DNA from: Candidatus Saccharimonadota bacterium
Lineage (GTDB): Bacteria > Patescibacteriota > Saccharimonadia > CAILAD01 > BJGX01
Assembly (NCBI GenBank): GCA_016191105.1
Contig: JACPPH010000002.1
Coordinates: forward strand, 141,931 to 205,930
Direction: 5' to 3'
DNA length: 64,000 nucleotides
Numbering within the stretch: position 1 is the stretch's first letter; every line of letters starts with the position of its first letter. Under the pieces are notes generated by a model. That model was not told where the DNA came from. It saw nothing but the letters and a program-made list of their open reading frames with translations, and did not search any database. Positions 19,620-30,311 of this stretch are shown one piece after another. The position numbers and the translations under genes are program-made.

Positions 19620-20498
19620 TTATTGATACTTTTCTAAGACTGCTTGTAGCTTCTTGTCTAAGGAGCTATTATTTGTTTTAGTAACTTGGCGCAGCAAAAA
19701 TGCAGCTGTTAGACTGCGCTCTAAAAAGTCATGTTGCCAAAGCCTGGAATCAGCCAACAAACAGCTTAAGATTGCAACCACCATAGTCTCTACTTCAAGC
19801 TTGTTAGTAGTTTTGAAATTTGTCACCCCAAACCTACCAGACTGGGCTGGGTTGCAGCTAATGACTTGGCTGGTTTCGTAGCAGACAACTGGCCAGCTCA
19901 ACGAGTCAGCCAGAAGTCTTATTACGCTCAGCTTGTTGTTAATACCAGCTCCGGCTTTTAGACTTACAGCTAGATTAGCCATATTGGCAAGTCTAATTAG
20001 GCTCTTAGTGTCAAGAACAAATACGCCCTTGTGGTTTTTCAATAATCCGGGCGAGGTCTTTACTATTGGCAAAAGACTATTGGTAGCCAATATTGGTGTT
20101 TGTGTAGAGCTAATAACCTTCTCAACTAGGATTTGGTACTTGCTGCTTATTTCTAGCTCAAGTCCCATTATTACAAATGCTGAATCATTAACAATCTCCA
20201 TAACTTGCTCGGTGTTGGCAAAATGAAGCTCGTTTTTGATATCCGGCTTTAGAAACACGTCGGCCGGAACATCGCGAGTGCGCAGGGCATGAGCAGCGAT
20301 AAGCCGGCTATGATGATTCATGATGTTTATAAGCTGGTAGGCATCGTGAATTTGTTTGAGCTTGGCATGGCGGCCGGCCAAGAGTGTAATGTTGCGCGCC
20401 CTCAATCTATTAATAGGTCGTTCAAATAAGATGTTTCTAAACAACAACTCATCTTGTTGGCGCACGATGTTTACTGGGGTTGGAGCGCTATCTAGCAT
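19620..20498 (-). CDS. ParB/Srx-like N-terminal domain protein
   Basis: 292 aa; its LLAGRHAKL and YQLINIMNHHSRLIAAHA segments resemble the ParB GxRRxxA box. It overlaps the downstream ORF by 7 nt. Confidence 0.4.
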   Translation of the reverse strand: MLDSAPTPVNIVRQQDELLFRNILFERPINRLRARNITLLAGRHAKLKQIHDAYQLINIMNHHSRLIAAHALRTRDVPADVFLKPDIKNELHFANTEQVMEIVNDSAFVIMGLELEISSKYQILVEKVISSTQTPILATNSLLPIVKTSPGLLKNHKGVFVLDTKSLIRLANMANLAVSLKAGAGINNKLSVIRLLADSLSWPVVCYETSQVISCNPAQSGRFGVTNFKTTNKLEVETMVVAILSCLLADSRLWQHDFLERSLTAAFLLRQVTKTNNSSLDKKLQAVLEKYQ

Positions 20499-20887
20499 TC
20501 GGAGTATAGTCGGGCTAGGCTGGCCGGTAGATAATCGGCTATAAGCTGGGAGTGGTCACGACTCGATAGTATCTTCAAGGTTTTGAAGTAAGCTTTTAGG
20601 CTATTCTTTAGTTCATTTTCATCGGTCAAGCCCGACTGGATCATGGCCGAGCGTACAAAGCGGTCTATCTCGAATTCACCCTGTATATCACTAAGCTTGT
20701 GGCCAAATAGTCGTCTTTTTGGCCACAAATAATGCGGCATGGCGGCAAAAACCTGTTGGCGGCTACGCTCATTAAGATTCATGTATAGCGAGTTGGTGAT
20801 AGCCACGGCAATGTTTTTGGCCTCGATCTCATTGGTCAAGTTGGCGTACTGCTTTATTAGGGCCAAGAAATAGTCTGGTGCTTGCAT
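20492..20887 (-). CDS. hypothetical protein
   Basis: 131-aa ORF translationally coupled to the ParB-like gene. No motif recognised. Confidence 0.4.
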   Translation of the reverse strand: MQAPDYFLALIKQYANLTNEIEAKNIAVAITNSLYMNLNERSRQQVFAAMPHYLWPKRRLFGHKLSDIQGEFEIDRFVRSAMIQSGLTDENELKNSLKAYFKTLKILSSRDHSQLIADYLPASLARLYSEC

Positions 20888-20946
20888 GTTTTATCCTAAA
20901 TATTTTGGCCAATCATACCACGCGCCAAAGTGTTTAGCTAGCTTAA

Positions 20947-21162
20947 CTATTTTTCGAAATTTTGCTTTAAGGTTGCAACTCGATTTTTGGCAGTTTGCAG
21001 ATAACTCTTTAATTCTTTTGCCAGTTCGGTGCCACGTTCAAACCTAGCAATGGCTCTTGCTAGGTCAACCTCACTGCTCTCTAGATAGTCGGTTATCTCC
21101 TCTAGCTCCTTCAGGCTATCACTAAAATTAAAGTTTGCCCCGGTGTCTTTTTTTGTGCTCAT
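20947..21162 (-). CDS. xseB: Exodeoxyribonuclease VII small subunit
   Basis: 71-aa helical protein of typical XseB length, overlapping the end of xseA. Confidence 0.75.
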   Translation of the reverse strand: MSTKKDTGANFNFSDSLKELEEITDYLESSEVDLARAIARFERGTELAKELKSYLQTAKNRVATLKQNFEK

Positions 21163-22348
21163 CGTTTCTTCTTTCGCCCTTCAGCTGCTTGTTGGTTCGA
21201 CGCAGGCTCACCTTTCCTTGGTGCAATTGTAGCACAATTGTATCTGTAGCCGAAACTTGATCAGCAGAATGCACAACATGCGAGCCGACAGTAGCAATAC
21301 TGTAGCCACGAGCTAATATTGCTTTGGGATCTAAGCTTTGTAGCAACCTACATATTGAGGCTAGCTTGAATTCTTTCTCAGCCAAAATGTTTTCTAGTGC
21401 CGTCTGCAGCTTGTTAATTTTCTGTTCGACCGTTTGTGAAATTTCTATAAAATTATTTCTAAATGCGAGTTCAAATTTGTCTATGCCATAGAAGCACTGT
21501 TCGATTTTGCTAATAATCTGGTGCGACATAACATATACCGAATCAGTTAGAGTGTCTATTACAGCATTCTTGTCGGGCACTAACCGCCTAGCCGCATCAC
21601 TAGGTGTGGCAGCTCTTAAATCGGCAGCCAGCTCGGCCAAACTCACATCGTCTTCGTGGCCTATAGCAATTAGTGTAGGTACTTTGGATCCAAACACCGC
21701 CCTTACAACCGACTCTGTATTAAAAGCCTGGAGGTCCTCGGCGCTGCCACCACCGCGAATAATCACCAGTACATCAAACTTAGCCGAACGAGCACTAAAG
21801 TACTCAATCGCCCGGGCAATTTGATCCGGCGCCTCGGCGCCTTGCACTTGAACTTGGGCATGAATAACCTCTAACCCAGCCCAACGATCGTCTAAAATTG
21901 TCACAAAATCATTAAAAGCTGCAGCCTGTCTGGAGGTTATTAAGCCAATCCGTCTCGGATGGCTGGGCAATGCCCGCTTTCTCTCGATCGCAAACAAACC
22001 CTCGCGTGTAAATTCAGCCTTCAAAAGTTCAAAAGCCTTCTTTACGGCGCCCTCGCCAGATAATTCAAGTGATTTTACGGTTAAACTAAACTTTCCCCAT
22101 TTAGTTAATCTGGGTGCACACCTAATTTTAACTAGCATGCCGTCTTCTACCTTGGTTTTAAGCTGAAAGATTGGCATAAAACAACTAATGACCGAGTCGT
22201 CGTCTTTTAGATCAAAAAACACCCACTTCTTCTGACTAATTTTGAAGCTTGCAACCTCGCCCTCAATCATTATCTCAGGGTAAGCAAACTGCAAAGTCTG
22301 ATTAAGAATTGCATTAAATTCGCTAACTGTTAAAACCTCAGTCTCCAT
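21128..22348 (-). CDS. xseA: Exodeoxyribonuclease VII large subunit
   Basis: 406 aa with an OB-fold N-terminus and conserved catalytic regions (RGGGSAEDL). Confidence 0.85.
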   Translation of the reverse strand: METEVLTVSEFNAILNQTLQFAYPEIMIEGEVASFKISQKKWVFFDLKDDDSVISCFMPIFQLKTKVEDGMLVKIRCAPRLTKWGKFSLTVKSLELSGEGAVKKAFELLKAEFTREGLFAIERKRALPSHPRRIGLITSRQAAAFNDFVTILDDRWAGLEVIHAQVQVQGAEAPDQIARAIEYFSARSAKFDVLVIIRGGGSAEDLQAFNTESVVRAVFGSKVPTLIAIGHEDDVSLAELAADLRAATPSDAARRLVPDKNAVIDTLTDSVYVMSHQIISKIEQCFYGIDKFELAFRNNFIEISQTVEQKINKLQTALENILAEKEFKLASICRLLQSLDPKAILARGYSIATVGSHVVHSADQVSATDTIVLQLHQGKVSLRRTNKQLKGERRNDEHKKRHRGKL

Positions 22349-23336
22349 CTATCACCCCGTGCTTGTACAAATAAACTCCAGCCGGCACAAACAGCCACAG
22401 CGCAATGCTACGGTAGACAATTGTTACAGAAAGAGCTAAGTCAAAACTTACTCCTAAACCTACAAAAGTTGCAATCATGGTAGCCTCGAATAACCCTACC
22501 CCAGCGGTAATAATTGAAGCCAGCGATGCCGCCTGTGCCAGCGTATAGCCGGCAATAACAACACTTGGATTTATCCAGGTGCCAAAGGCCAAGAAAACAA
22601 CATAGACACTAGCAAAATCAAACAACAACATAAGTAAAATGTGCCAGAATGACGGTCCGAGCTTTTGCCAGTTATCCTGTATAAAAAATAAAGAATCGTG
22701 AAACTGATCAATAAACTCTGCGACCTTCTCATCGGTAATCTGTTGCTTGTGAGATTTGCGCAACAGCCAATTAACAGGCCTTAGAACAATCACAATAGCT
22801 TCAACCGTAAAATTCTTGTTGTAAATAAATATCAGCATGCCTATGCAGACCACCAGTAAGGCAAATAAAACTACCAGGGTAACCCTGGAGCTAACTCTAA
22901 TCACCCTGTTAGACAATAATAGCAACACAAAAGCCACGGCTAAACTTGCCACTAAGGCAATAAATAGCAGCACATAGTAAAAGAACTGAGCCAAGGTTAT
23001 GGTTGATGAGCTAACATCTTTACCAACCTGCTTTCGTAGGTAAGATAGGCCCGATATGCCGCCGCTGGGAAAAATAATGTTTACAAAGTTCATTGCAGTG
23101 ACCGCCCTAAACAAATGTTTAAAGTTTGTTTTTTGTTTAAATATGGCAAAAAATGAAGCAAAGAACTTACTGTTTTCCCGATAATAAAGAAACCGTAGTG
23201 GCAGGATTAGAATTAGTATGAAGATGTTTAATTTTTCGAGGGTTGAAATAAACTTCTGGATTTGACCGAACTGGCCTATTAAAAGCCCGGCCACAAGAAT
23301 TAAGCCTAAAAAAAATAGAAGCTGGCGCAATTTCAT
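22338..23336 (-). CDS. Polytopic membrane protein (UPF0104 / lysylphosphatidylglycerol synthase TM-region-like)
   Basis: 332 aa with about 8 TM helices. Confidence 0.45.
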   Translation of the reverse strand: MKLRQLLFFLGLILVAGLLIGQFGQIQKFISTLEKLNIFILILILPLRFLYYRENSKFFASFFAIFKQKTNFKHLFRAVTAMNFVNIIFPSGGISGLSYLRKQVGKDVSSSTITLAQFFYYVLLFIALVASLAVAFVLLLLSNRVIRVSSRVTLVVLFALLVVCIGMLIFIYNKNFTVEAIVIVLRPVNWLLRKSHKQQITDEKVAEFIDQFHDSLFFIQDNWQKLGPSFWHILLMLLFDFASVYVVFLAFGTWINPSVVIAGYTLAQAASLASIITAGVGLFEATMIATFVGLGVSFDLALSVTIVYRSIALWLFVPAGVYLYKHGVIDGD

Positions 23337-23391
23337 AACTATTATTGTACTCCAAACTCAGCAACCGCTAAAATTTGCTACAATTTAGTAG

Positions 23392-24558
23392 ATGAAGATA
23401 GCAATACTTGGTCGCGAGGCAAATTTGGCTCTAGCAGAGCTAGAGACCCGTGGAAAAGAGCTGGTTAAACACGGCACCTGGGCCTGTTCTTTTGAGCCCA
23501 GGAATTTGCCTGCTAGTGTCGATGACTTTGGCTCAATTGTAAAAATTGGCGAAATTTTAAGCGACAGACTGATGGCTACAGATTCAGAAAAGATTGCCGA
23601 AACCATTGCAGAAAGTTTGGTCAAGTTTGGCAAACGCAAAATAAGCTTTGGCCTAAGCATTTATGGGAGTTCCGCTTTTACCAGGCAAGTCGATCGTAGG
23701 CTAGCCTTTAATATCAAGAAAAGACTTCAGGTGGCTGTTGGTGTGCCAGTCCGCTATATCGCCGCTAAGTCTGGTTTTGAGCTCAATTCCGCCCAAGTTA
23801 CGCATAATAGCCTAATAAGTCGTGGTGGTGATTTTTTGTTAGTCCAAAGCGGCAAGCAGTTAGTTGTAGCCCGAACAATCTCGGTTCAAAACATTGAATC
23901 GTTTGCCCACCGGGACTACGGCCGACCGTGTCGCCCAGCTAAGGTCGGCATGCTGCCACCCAAACTAGCCAAAACCATGATCAATCTGGCAGATGCTGGG
24001 TCTGGCGTTGGCATTATTGATCCATTTTGCGGGAGCGGTACAGTTCTGCAAGAGGCGCTGTTAATGGGTTACGACACCTGCGGCAGTGACAACTCAGCTC
24101 AAATGATCAGCTGCAGCCAGAAGAATCTGGACTGGCTACAGCGAGAGTACAAAGTCGAAAATTTTTTTGAGGTTGGTCTTCAAGACGCAGCTAGATTCAA
24201 GCTTGGTAGCACAATCAAGAATTATGCCGTTGTTACCGAAGGCTATTTAGGCCAGCCCTTCTCGGCTGCACCCAGCACCGCTAGGCTAGCTACGCTACAA
24301 TCTGAGCTGATAAGACTTTACCTAGGATTCTTGAACAATCTTTTAAGCCAAACAAATTTGCCAAAATCGGCTGTTATGTGTTTGCCGTTCTGGCGAACTA
24401 ATAGCGGTTATAACGATCTAAAGGTTATTGACCAAATCGAAAAATTGGGGTATACTGTTAGGCAGTTTCAATCTGTTGATTCATCACAACTTCGATATCA
24501 GCGACCGAATCAAATAGTTGGGCGACAAGTACTAGTGCTAAAACCAAACCGAGGATAA
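23392..24558 (+). CDS. THUMP-domain RNA (guanine-N2) methyltransferase
   Basis: 388 aa with an N-terminal THUMP-like region, a SAM-binding DPFCGSGTVLQEA motif, and a TEGYLG catalytic motif. Confidence 0.7.
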   Translation: MKIAILGREANLALAELETRGKELVKHGTWACSFEPRNLPASVDDFGSIVKIGEILSDRLMATDSEKIAETIAESLVKFGKRKISFGLSIYGSSAFTRQVDRRLAFNIKKRLQVAVGVPVRYIAAKSGFELNSAQVTHNSLISRGGDFLLVQSGKQLVVARTISVQNIESFAHRDYGRPCRPAKVGMLPPKLAKTMINLADAGSGVGIIDPFCGSGTVLQEALLMGYDTCGSDNSAQMISCSQKNLDWLQREYKVENFFEVGLQDAARFKLGSTIKNYAVVTEGYLGQPFSAAPSTARLATLQSELIRLYLGFLNNLLSQTNLPKSAVMCLPFWRTNSGYNDLKVIDQIEKLGYTVRQFQSVDSSQLRYQRPNQIVGRQVLVLKPNRG

Positions 24559-24561
24559 CTA

Positions 24562-24840
24562 ATGTCACATACAAAAGCCGGCGGCTCTACTAAGAACGGC
24601 CGGGACTCCCAAGGTCAAAGATTAGGTGTTAAGCGCTTCGGCAGCCAGATGGTACGCCCTGGTGATATTATTGTTCGCCAAAACGGCACTAAATGGTCAG
24701 CCGGTAATGGCGTTGGGGTTGGCAAAGACTACACGCTTTTTGCACTCACAGCCGGTAGTGTACAATTTAAAACCACCCGCCAAACTCGATTTAGCGGCAA
24801 CAGTCAGCGAAAGACCGTGGTTTCAATAGCTTCTAGCTGA
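24562..24840 (+). CDS. rpmA: 50S ribosomal protein L27
   Basis: 92 aa, N-terminus [27 protein letters not shown] (bL27) with a C-terminal extension. Confidence 0.85.
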   Translation: MSHTKAGGSTKNGRDSQGQRLGVKRFGSQMVRPGDIIVRQNGTKWSAGNGVGVGKDYTLFALTAGSVQFKTTRQTRFSGNSQRKTVVSIASS

Positions 24841-26530
24841 GAACTCTCTTGTTTGACTTACAATTTGCAGTCGGCTTATAGCTGGCGTTTTTGATTGTGG
24901 CACCAATAAACTCTCGGAATAACGGATGTGGCCGATTTGGCCTCGACAAGAACTCCGGGTGAAATTGAGAGGCCACAAAAAATGGATGTTTATCTAGCTC
25001 AATCATCTCAACTAGACTATTGTCGGCCGACTTGGCAGCAAAAATTAAACCAGCGTCCGATAACTTCTTGGCATATTCATTGTTAAACTCATAGCGGTGT
25101 CTGTGGCGCTCGGTAATCTTTTTGACGCCATAAATTTGCTCTGTCCGGCTATCTGGCCTCACCTGAGCGGTATAGTTGCCCAGCCGCATGGTGCCGCCCA
25201 TATTTTTACCGCTCTGCCCGGGTAGAATATCAATTACCGGATACTGAGTATCTGGGTTAAACTCGGTTGAATGAGCACCCTCTAAGCCCGCGACATTGCG
25301 CGCAAATTCAATCACAGCCGCCTGCATGCCCAAACATAAACCTAAAAACGGTAGGTTATTCAGCCGCGCGTATTCAATAGCTTTTATCTTGCCTTCGACA
25401 CCACGTTTGCCAAATCCTCCTGGCACAACTATACCCTCAACCGTTTGTAGCGCACTCACATCGGCCTCAAGTTCTTCGGCATCTATCCAAACAATCTCAG
25501 TGTTTCGGCTGTGGTACCACCCGGCCGCATGTATAGCTTCGCAAACACTTTTGTAAGTGTCTTCGTTGCTTAGATACTTGGCCACCAAACCAATTCTGGC
25601 TATTTTCTTTGAGCGCAGTATGCTGTCGACCAGAGCACTCCAGTTCTCAAGCTCAGCGGCGCGTTGCACCAAGCCCAGCCTCTGGCAAACTACTTTACCA
25701 ATTCCCTGCTGCTCCATGCTAAGTGGCACCTGGTAAACAGTTTTTACAGTGGGCAGTGCCACGATTGCATTTGGATCGACGTCGCAATATAGACTAAGCT
25801 TTTCGTAGGCATCTTCGTTGAGAGGGTTGTCTGATCTAACGCAAAGCAAGTCAACCTGAATCCCAACCTCGCGTAGACCGCGCACACTATTTTGAGCCGG
25901 TTTGGTCTTCATCTCCTTGCTGGTTCCAAGGTACGGTACAAAAACCACATGAGCATACATAACATTTTCTGCACCAACCTTTTGTCGTAATTGTCGGACA
26001 GCTTCTACCAATGCCAAGCCTTCGTAATCACCAACCGTGCCGCCGATCTCAGTTATTTGAACGTCGAAGCCATGACTAGCTTCTAAAATATGTCGCTGAA
26101 TCTCACCGGTTACGTGTGGGATTATCTGAACGGTTTTACCCAGATATTTGCCGGCTCGCTCATCGTCTAAAATCTGGCGCAGTATCCGACCCGTCATGAC
26201 CGAAGAACTCTGGTCGAGCTCGCGATCAATAAAGCGCTCGTAGTGACCAAGATCTAGATCTGTTTCGGCGCCGTCGGCCGTTACATAAACCTCACCGTGC
26301 TCGGCTGGATTCAAAGTACCAGCATCGAAATTTAGATACTGATCGAGTTTTTGGATATTTACAGAGAATCCTCGTGCTGTGAGGATCTTGCCAAGGCTAG
26401 CAGCTGTAATGCCTTTGCCCAAACCTGACATGACACCACCGGTTACAAAAATGTATTTTGTTTGCTTACTCAAAGCCAACTCACCCCTTTCAATATTTCT
26501 ATCATACCGCTTATGTCGAGGGTTGTGCAA
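24833..26530 (-). CDS. pyrG: CTP synthase
   Basis: 565 aa with the synthetase domain ([10 protein letters not shown]) and the glutamine amidotransferase triad (LGLCLGMQ). Confidence 0.9.
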   Translation of the reverse strand: MHNPRHKRYDRNIERGELALSKQTKYIFVTGGVMSGLGKGITAASLGKILTARGFSVNIQKLDQYLNFDAGTLNPAEHGEVYVTADGAETDLDLGHYERFIDRELDQSSSVMTGRILRQILDDERAGKYLGKTVQIIPHVTGEIQRHILEASHGFDVQITEIGGTVGDYEGLALVEAVRQLRQKVGAENVMYAHVVFVPYLGTSKEMKTKPAQNSVRGLREVGIQVDLLCVRSDNPLNEDAYEKLSLYCDVDPNAIVALPTVKTVYQVPLSMEQQGIGKVVCQRLGLVQRAAELENWSALVDSILRSKKIARIGLVAKYLSNEDTYKSVCEAIHAAGWYHSRNTEIVWIDAEELEADVSALQTVEGIVVPGGFGKRGVEGKIKAIEYARLNNLPFLGLCLGMQAAVIEFARNVAGLEGAHSTEFNPDTQYPVIDILPGQSGKNMGGTMRLGNYTAQVRPDSRTEQIYGVKKITERHRHRYEFNNEYAKKLSDAGLIFAAKSADNSLVEMIELDKHPFFVASQFHPEFLSRPNRPHPLFREFIGATIKNASYKPTANCKSNKRVLS

Positions 26531-26754
26531 TAGAGTTGAGCTGACACTAAACTAAAATTTCTTATACCATGATGGCATGCATTTCTAAGCTCGGCAAAGA
26601 GCTATCTGAGCAAAAGGACTGGACCGAGTCGCGGAAAAAAGCAGTTGAAGCCCACCAGACACCGAGGGAGAGATTTACTCCGATACAATTCCACTAAACC
26701 GAGATCACCTCACATCTGCAGCTCGCCTGTCCTTTGTGGGACGGGCGTTTCGCG

Positions 26755-28005
26755 TTACTGGACTTTTGCTCCAGCAACCTCTAGGGCTTTTTGAAGCTGA
26801 GGATCGCGGCCAGCATTATAGTCATCTTGAGTAAGTTTAACCTCAACATTTGGCGTTATGCCTTCTTTGCTAATATTAATGCCGTTTGGCGTAAACCAAT
26901 TGGCCACCGTTACCTTTAGGGCGTCGGTACTACAATTTTCACTGCTCGTACTAGCCAGACTAAAGCCACCCAGGCAAATTACCTCCTGAACGCTACCTTT
27001 TCCAAAGGTCTTCTCACCAACCAGCGTAGCTCGCTGGTTGTCACTCAGGGCACCAGCAGTTATTTCCGAAGCGCTGGCACTGCCGCCATTTACTAGTACC
27101 ACTATCGGAATTGTGGTCATATTACCACCAGGCAATGCTTTGAATTTTTTGGACGACTCGCGAATCGAGCGTTCCTCTACTACAGTACCGTTGGCCATGA
27201 ATTGTGAACTAACCTTAACTGCACCATCCAAATATCCACCCGGGTTGTCACGCAGATCGATTACCGCTGCCCTTACGCCCTGCTGCATAAGTGCTTGGGT
27301 GGCATTCTCTAGGCTTTGAACTGTATTGGCGCCAAACTCCCGAATCTTAATATAGCCTATATTGCCGGCTTTAACCTCAGTCGTAACGCTTGGTACGGTG
27401 ATCTGCTCGCGAGTTAGGGTGATTTCATTGGGCTGTTGTCCGGGCCGCACAATTATGAGCTTTACCTGTGTACCTGCCTGACCACGGATCATTTTTACAG
27501 CCTGCTCAGTCGTAAGTGCGCTAGAATCCTTACCATCGATGGCAGCAATCAGATCGCCAGCTCTTATACCGGCCCTAGCAGCCGGTGTGCCATCAACTGG
27601 CGCAATCACGGTTAACCTGTTGTTTTTAATACCTACCTCAATGCCTACGCCGCTCAATGTTCCTTTAAGCTGGTCGTTTAAATCCTTATTCTGCTCGGCT
27701 GTTAGATATGTCGTATACGGGTCCCCCAGCGCCGCCACCATACCGGCTACCGCTCCTTGAGCTTGCTTTTTAGCATCAATACTGCCATCGAACTTTTGAC
27801 GCAAAATGTCATTTACCTGCCAAAACTGAGTTAGGTTTATCTGGTTTTGACCGGTCAAAACCCAGGGGTAAAGCCCTAGTCTGGTCGGAACTATCGATAC
27901 ACCCAAGCCCAACCCAAAAGCGACCAGTCCTACTAATATAAGTCTAGCTACTGGGCGCCGGCTAGCTGGCCTTGCACTATTAGCCATGTTTGGTTGGGTA
28001 TCCAC
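26755..28005 (-). CDS. ctpA: Carboxy-terminal processing protease (S41) with PDZ domain
   Basis: 416 aa with an N-terminal TM, a PDZ domain, and S41 motifs (GGSASASE, FGKGSVQ). Confidence 0.85.
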   Translation of the reverse strand: MDTQPNMANSARPASRRPVARLILVGLVAFGLGLGVSIVPTRLGLYPWVLTGQNQINLTQFWQVNDILRQKFDGSIDAKKQAQGAVAGMVAALGDPYTTYLTAEQNKDLNDQLKGTLSGVGIEVGIKNNRLTVIAPVDGTPAARAGIRAGDLIAAIDGKDSSALTTEQAVKMIRGQAGTQVKLIIVRPGQQPNEITLTREQITVPSVTTEVKAGNIGYIKIREFGANTVQSLENATQALMQQGVRAAVIDLRDNPGGYLDGAVKVSSQFMANGTVVEERSIRESSKKFKALPGGNMTTIPIVVLVNGGSASASEITAGALSDNQRATLVGEKTFGKGSVQEVICLGGFSLASTSSENCSTDALKVTVANWFTPNGINISKEGITPNVEVKLTQDDYNAGRDPQLQKALEVAGAKVQ

Positions 28006-28014
28006 AAAATCAAC

Positions 28015-29172
28015 CTAATTAAAACTGGCCAGGTGGGCATACAAAGTTACATAGCCATTATCTTGCCTAATTTGCACCATATTGCCATAACCACCGTTAA
28101 ATCCCGCACCATATGGATCCCAGCCTCTAAAAATTATATCGCCATCGGCTGGAGCGCGGATTGGGGTGCCAAAACTGTTAGCAATGTCAAGGCCGCTATG
28201 AAAATTACAACCATACTGAGAATTCCATGGTTCAAAAGGAAATGGGCTGCAGCCATAGTTCTGGGTGATGGTGCCCGAGGTGGCGCTAGTATACGAAAAC
28301 CCTGAACCGTTAGGGTTAATATAATTACCGCTGGGGTTAATAACCGAAAAGTGAAGATGCGAGCCAGTTGAATTGCCCGAACTGCCCATATAAGCAATAA
28401 TCTGTCCAGCTCGAACCCGACCCTGGCTAACATAGTTTCCTCTAGCTGCCGCGGCCGCCTGGCTAGCAATTTGCTGATTAACCTGCTCGCGCTTCTTGGC
28501 TAGATCACTTACGTTTTGACGGAACTTAGCCTCATCGCCCTGGGTTTGAGCTAGTAGGGTAGCTTTTTGCGACCGCTGCTGAGCTATACTCTGAACCTGA
28601 GCCGTTTGTTGGCTAGACAGTGCCACCAACTCCTGTTTCTTGTCATCAAGAAGTTTTTTCAACTGCATAATCTCTTTAAGATTACTGTTCACCTTGTCTT
28701 TAATGGCCGAGAGATACTGCTGTTGAGCCACAAAACTACTCAAGTCCTTACTAGATGCAATCACCTCCAATAGGCTAATTTCGCGCTGGCGGTAAGCCAG
28801 CTTCAAATTGTCTTTAAGGATTGACTGCTGGCGAGCTAGTCTGGCCATAGCCTGATCCAAGTCCTCCTGGGTTTTACTAATCTGCAGATTAGTAAGGTTT
28901 AAGCTAGCTTGAGCCGAGTTTATGTTGCCATCTAAACTCGCAATTGTCCCCTGTAAGGTATTAGCTTCGCCACGCTTGGCATTGGCAGCATCTTGATTTT
29001 GTTTGATTTGATTATTAAGAGCATTAATCTTATCTTGAAGCGTTTCGGCTCGAACCCGACCCGCACCAATAGTCCATAGACCATACAAAGAGCCGCTAAT
29101 CGCTAGTCCAAACATTACAAACACTAGCAATTTTTTGGTTTTAGTTGACTTATAAATATCTTCTATCGACAT
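28015..29172 (-). CDS. Coiled-coil M23 peptidase (EnvC-like divisome amidase activator)
   Basis: The ORF track runs to 29277, but the likely start is the internal Met at 29172 (MSIEDIYK...) followed by a TM. A long coiled coil precedes a C-terminal LytM/M23 domain (HLHFSV, GNYVSQG). Confidence 0.75.
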   Translation of the reverse strand: MSIEDIYKSTKTKKLLVFVMFGLAISGSLYGLWTIGAGRVRAETLQDKINALNNQIKQNQDAANAKRGEANTLQGTIASLDGNINSAQASLNLTNLQISKTQEDLDQAMARLARQQSILKDNLKLAYRQREISLLEVIASSKDLSSFVAQQQYLSAIKDKVNSNLKEIMQLKKLLDDKKQELVALSSQQTAQVQSIAQQRSQKATLLAQTQGDEAKFRQNVSDLAKKREQVNQQIASQAAAAARGNYVSQGRVRAGQIIAYMGSSGNSTGSHLHFSVINPSGNYINPNGSGFSYTSATSGTITQNYGCSPFPFEPWNSQYGCNFHSGLDIANSFGTPIRAPADGDIIFRGWDPYGAGFNGGYGNMVQIRQDNGYVTLYAHLASFN

Positions 29173-29396
29173 AATAGGCGCTGATAGCTGGGGGTACGCC
29201 ATTGGCTTAGCACAACCGCATTTACAAAATCCTGTGCAGACAACAACACGGCTGGCCGCTGAACGGCCGGCTGCCAAAACATTTGTTTTATACTATTCAG
29301 CTATATCACCCTCCTTGGAATGATGTTATCAGTTTAATAAAAAAACCTGCTGGTTGCAAGTCGGTTTAGCCAAAAAGTTTATAAATAGAGTAGTTT

Positions 29397-30311
29397 TTAT
29401 AGCTTAAGGTGGCGAGCAATTGCCAACAAGCTCGAAACAGCCCCAATTACGACACCAGTCAAAACCAAGCCCAGCACAACCAATATAATATGCGACTGAA
29501 AATACTGCAGGGTAGAGCCAGCGTTAAGTCTATCCGCTAAGAATGGTCCAACCGAGCGAGCAAATGGCACCAATAGCAGCAAGGCAATAAAAGCCCCAAA
29601 GGCTCCGTACATTGAGCCCTCCACCAAGAAAGGACCGCGTATAAACCATTTAGTGGCCCCTACTAACTTCATAATTTCGATCTCTTCACGGCGTGTAAAA
29701 ATAGCCATGCGTATGGTATTAAAGATTACCAGTAGGGCTACCACCAAAAAAATCATACTCAAGACTAAGCCAATGCGTGATACAGCATTGCTAATTTTAA
29801 TCACATTTTCAATCACCCCTTTGCGGTTGTTATCACGGTTATCGTAGCTAGTATCTGAAATCACTTTATTATCATCGAGCGCGCGGATCTTGCCGTTGGT
29901 ATCACCAATCTGGTCTAAACTTTTAAGCTTAACTTGAAAACTAGCTGGCAAGGGGTTCCCGATCTCAGTGGCCGATTTGGCCAGCTGGCCACCTTCGGAG
30001 CTGCTGCTGGCTAGTTGGTTTAGAGCGTCGGCCTTACTAACAAAAGTTACCGACTGAACGTTGTCCACTGTCAGCATTCTACTTTGGAGATCTTTTATAT
30101 TATCGGCTGGGGCTTCGTCGCTTAAGAAAATAGTCAAATCGATTTTATTTCTTACTTCAGCCAGTTGGGTACGCACAAACATAGTTGAGAACACAAAAAA
30201 TGTCATTATTAGAAGAGTGATCACCATGATAGCGGTGGCCGCCGTACTGAGCCAGGCATTGCGAAAAGTGTTGCGAAAACCACTCTTGAATATGCGCCAA
30301 AAAGTAATCAC
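29397..30311 (-). CDS. ftsX: Cell division permease FtsX
   Basis: 304 aa with 4 TM helices and a large periplasmic loop. It overlaps ftsE. Confidence 0.8.
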   Translation of the reverse strand: MITFWRIFKSGFRNTFRNAWLSTAATAIMVITLLIMTFFVFSTMFVRTQLAEVRNKIDLTIFLSDEAPADNIKDLQSRMLTVDNVQSVTFVSKADALNQLASSSSEGGQLAKSATEIGNPLPASFQVKLKSLDQIGDTNGKIRALDDNKVISDTSYDNRDNNRKGVIENVIKISNAVSRIGLVLSMIFLVVALLVIFNTIRMAIFTRREEIEIMKLVGATKWFIRGPFLVEGSMYGAFGAFIALLLLVPFARSVGPFLADRLNAGSTLQYFQSHIILVVLGLVLTGVVIGAVSSLLAIARHLKL

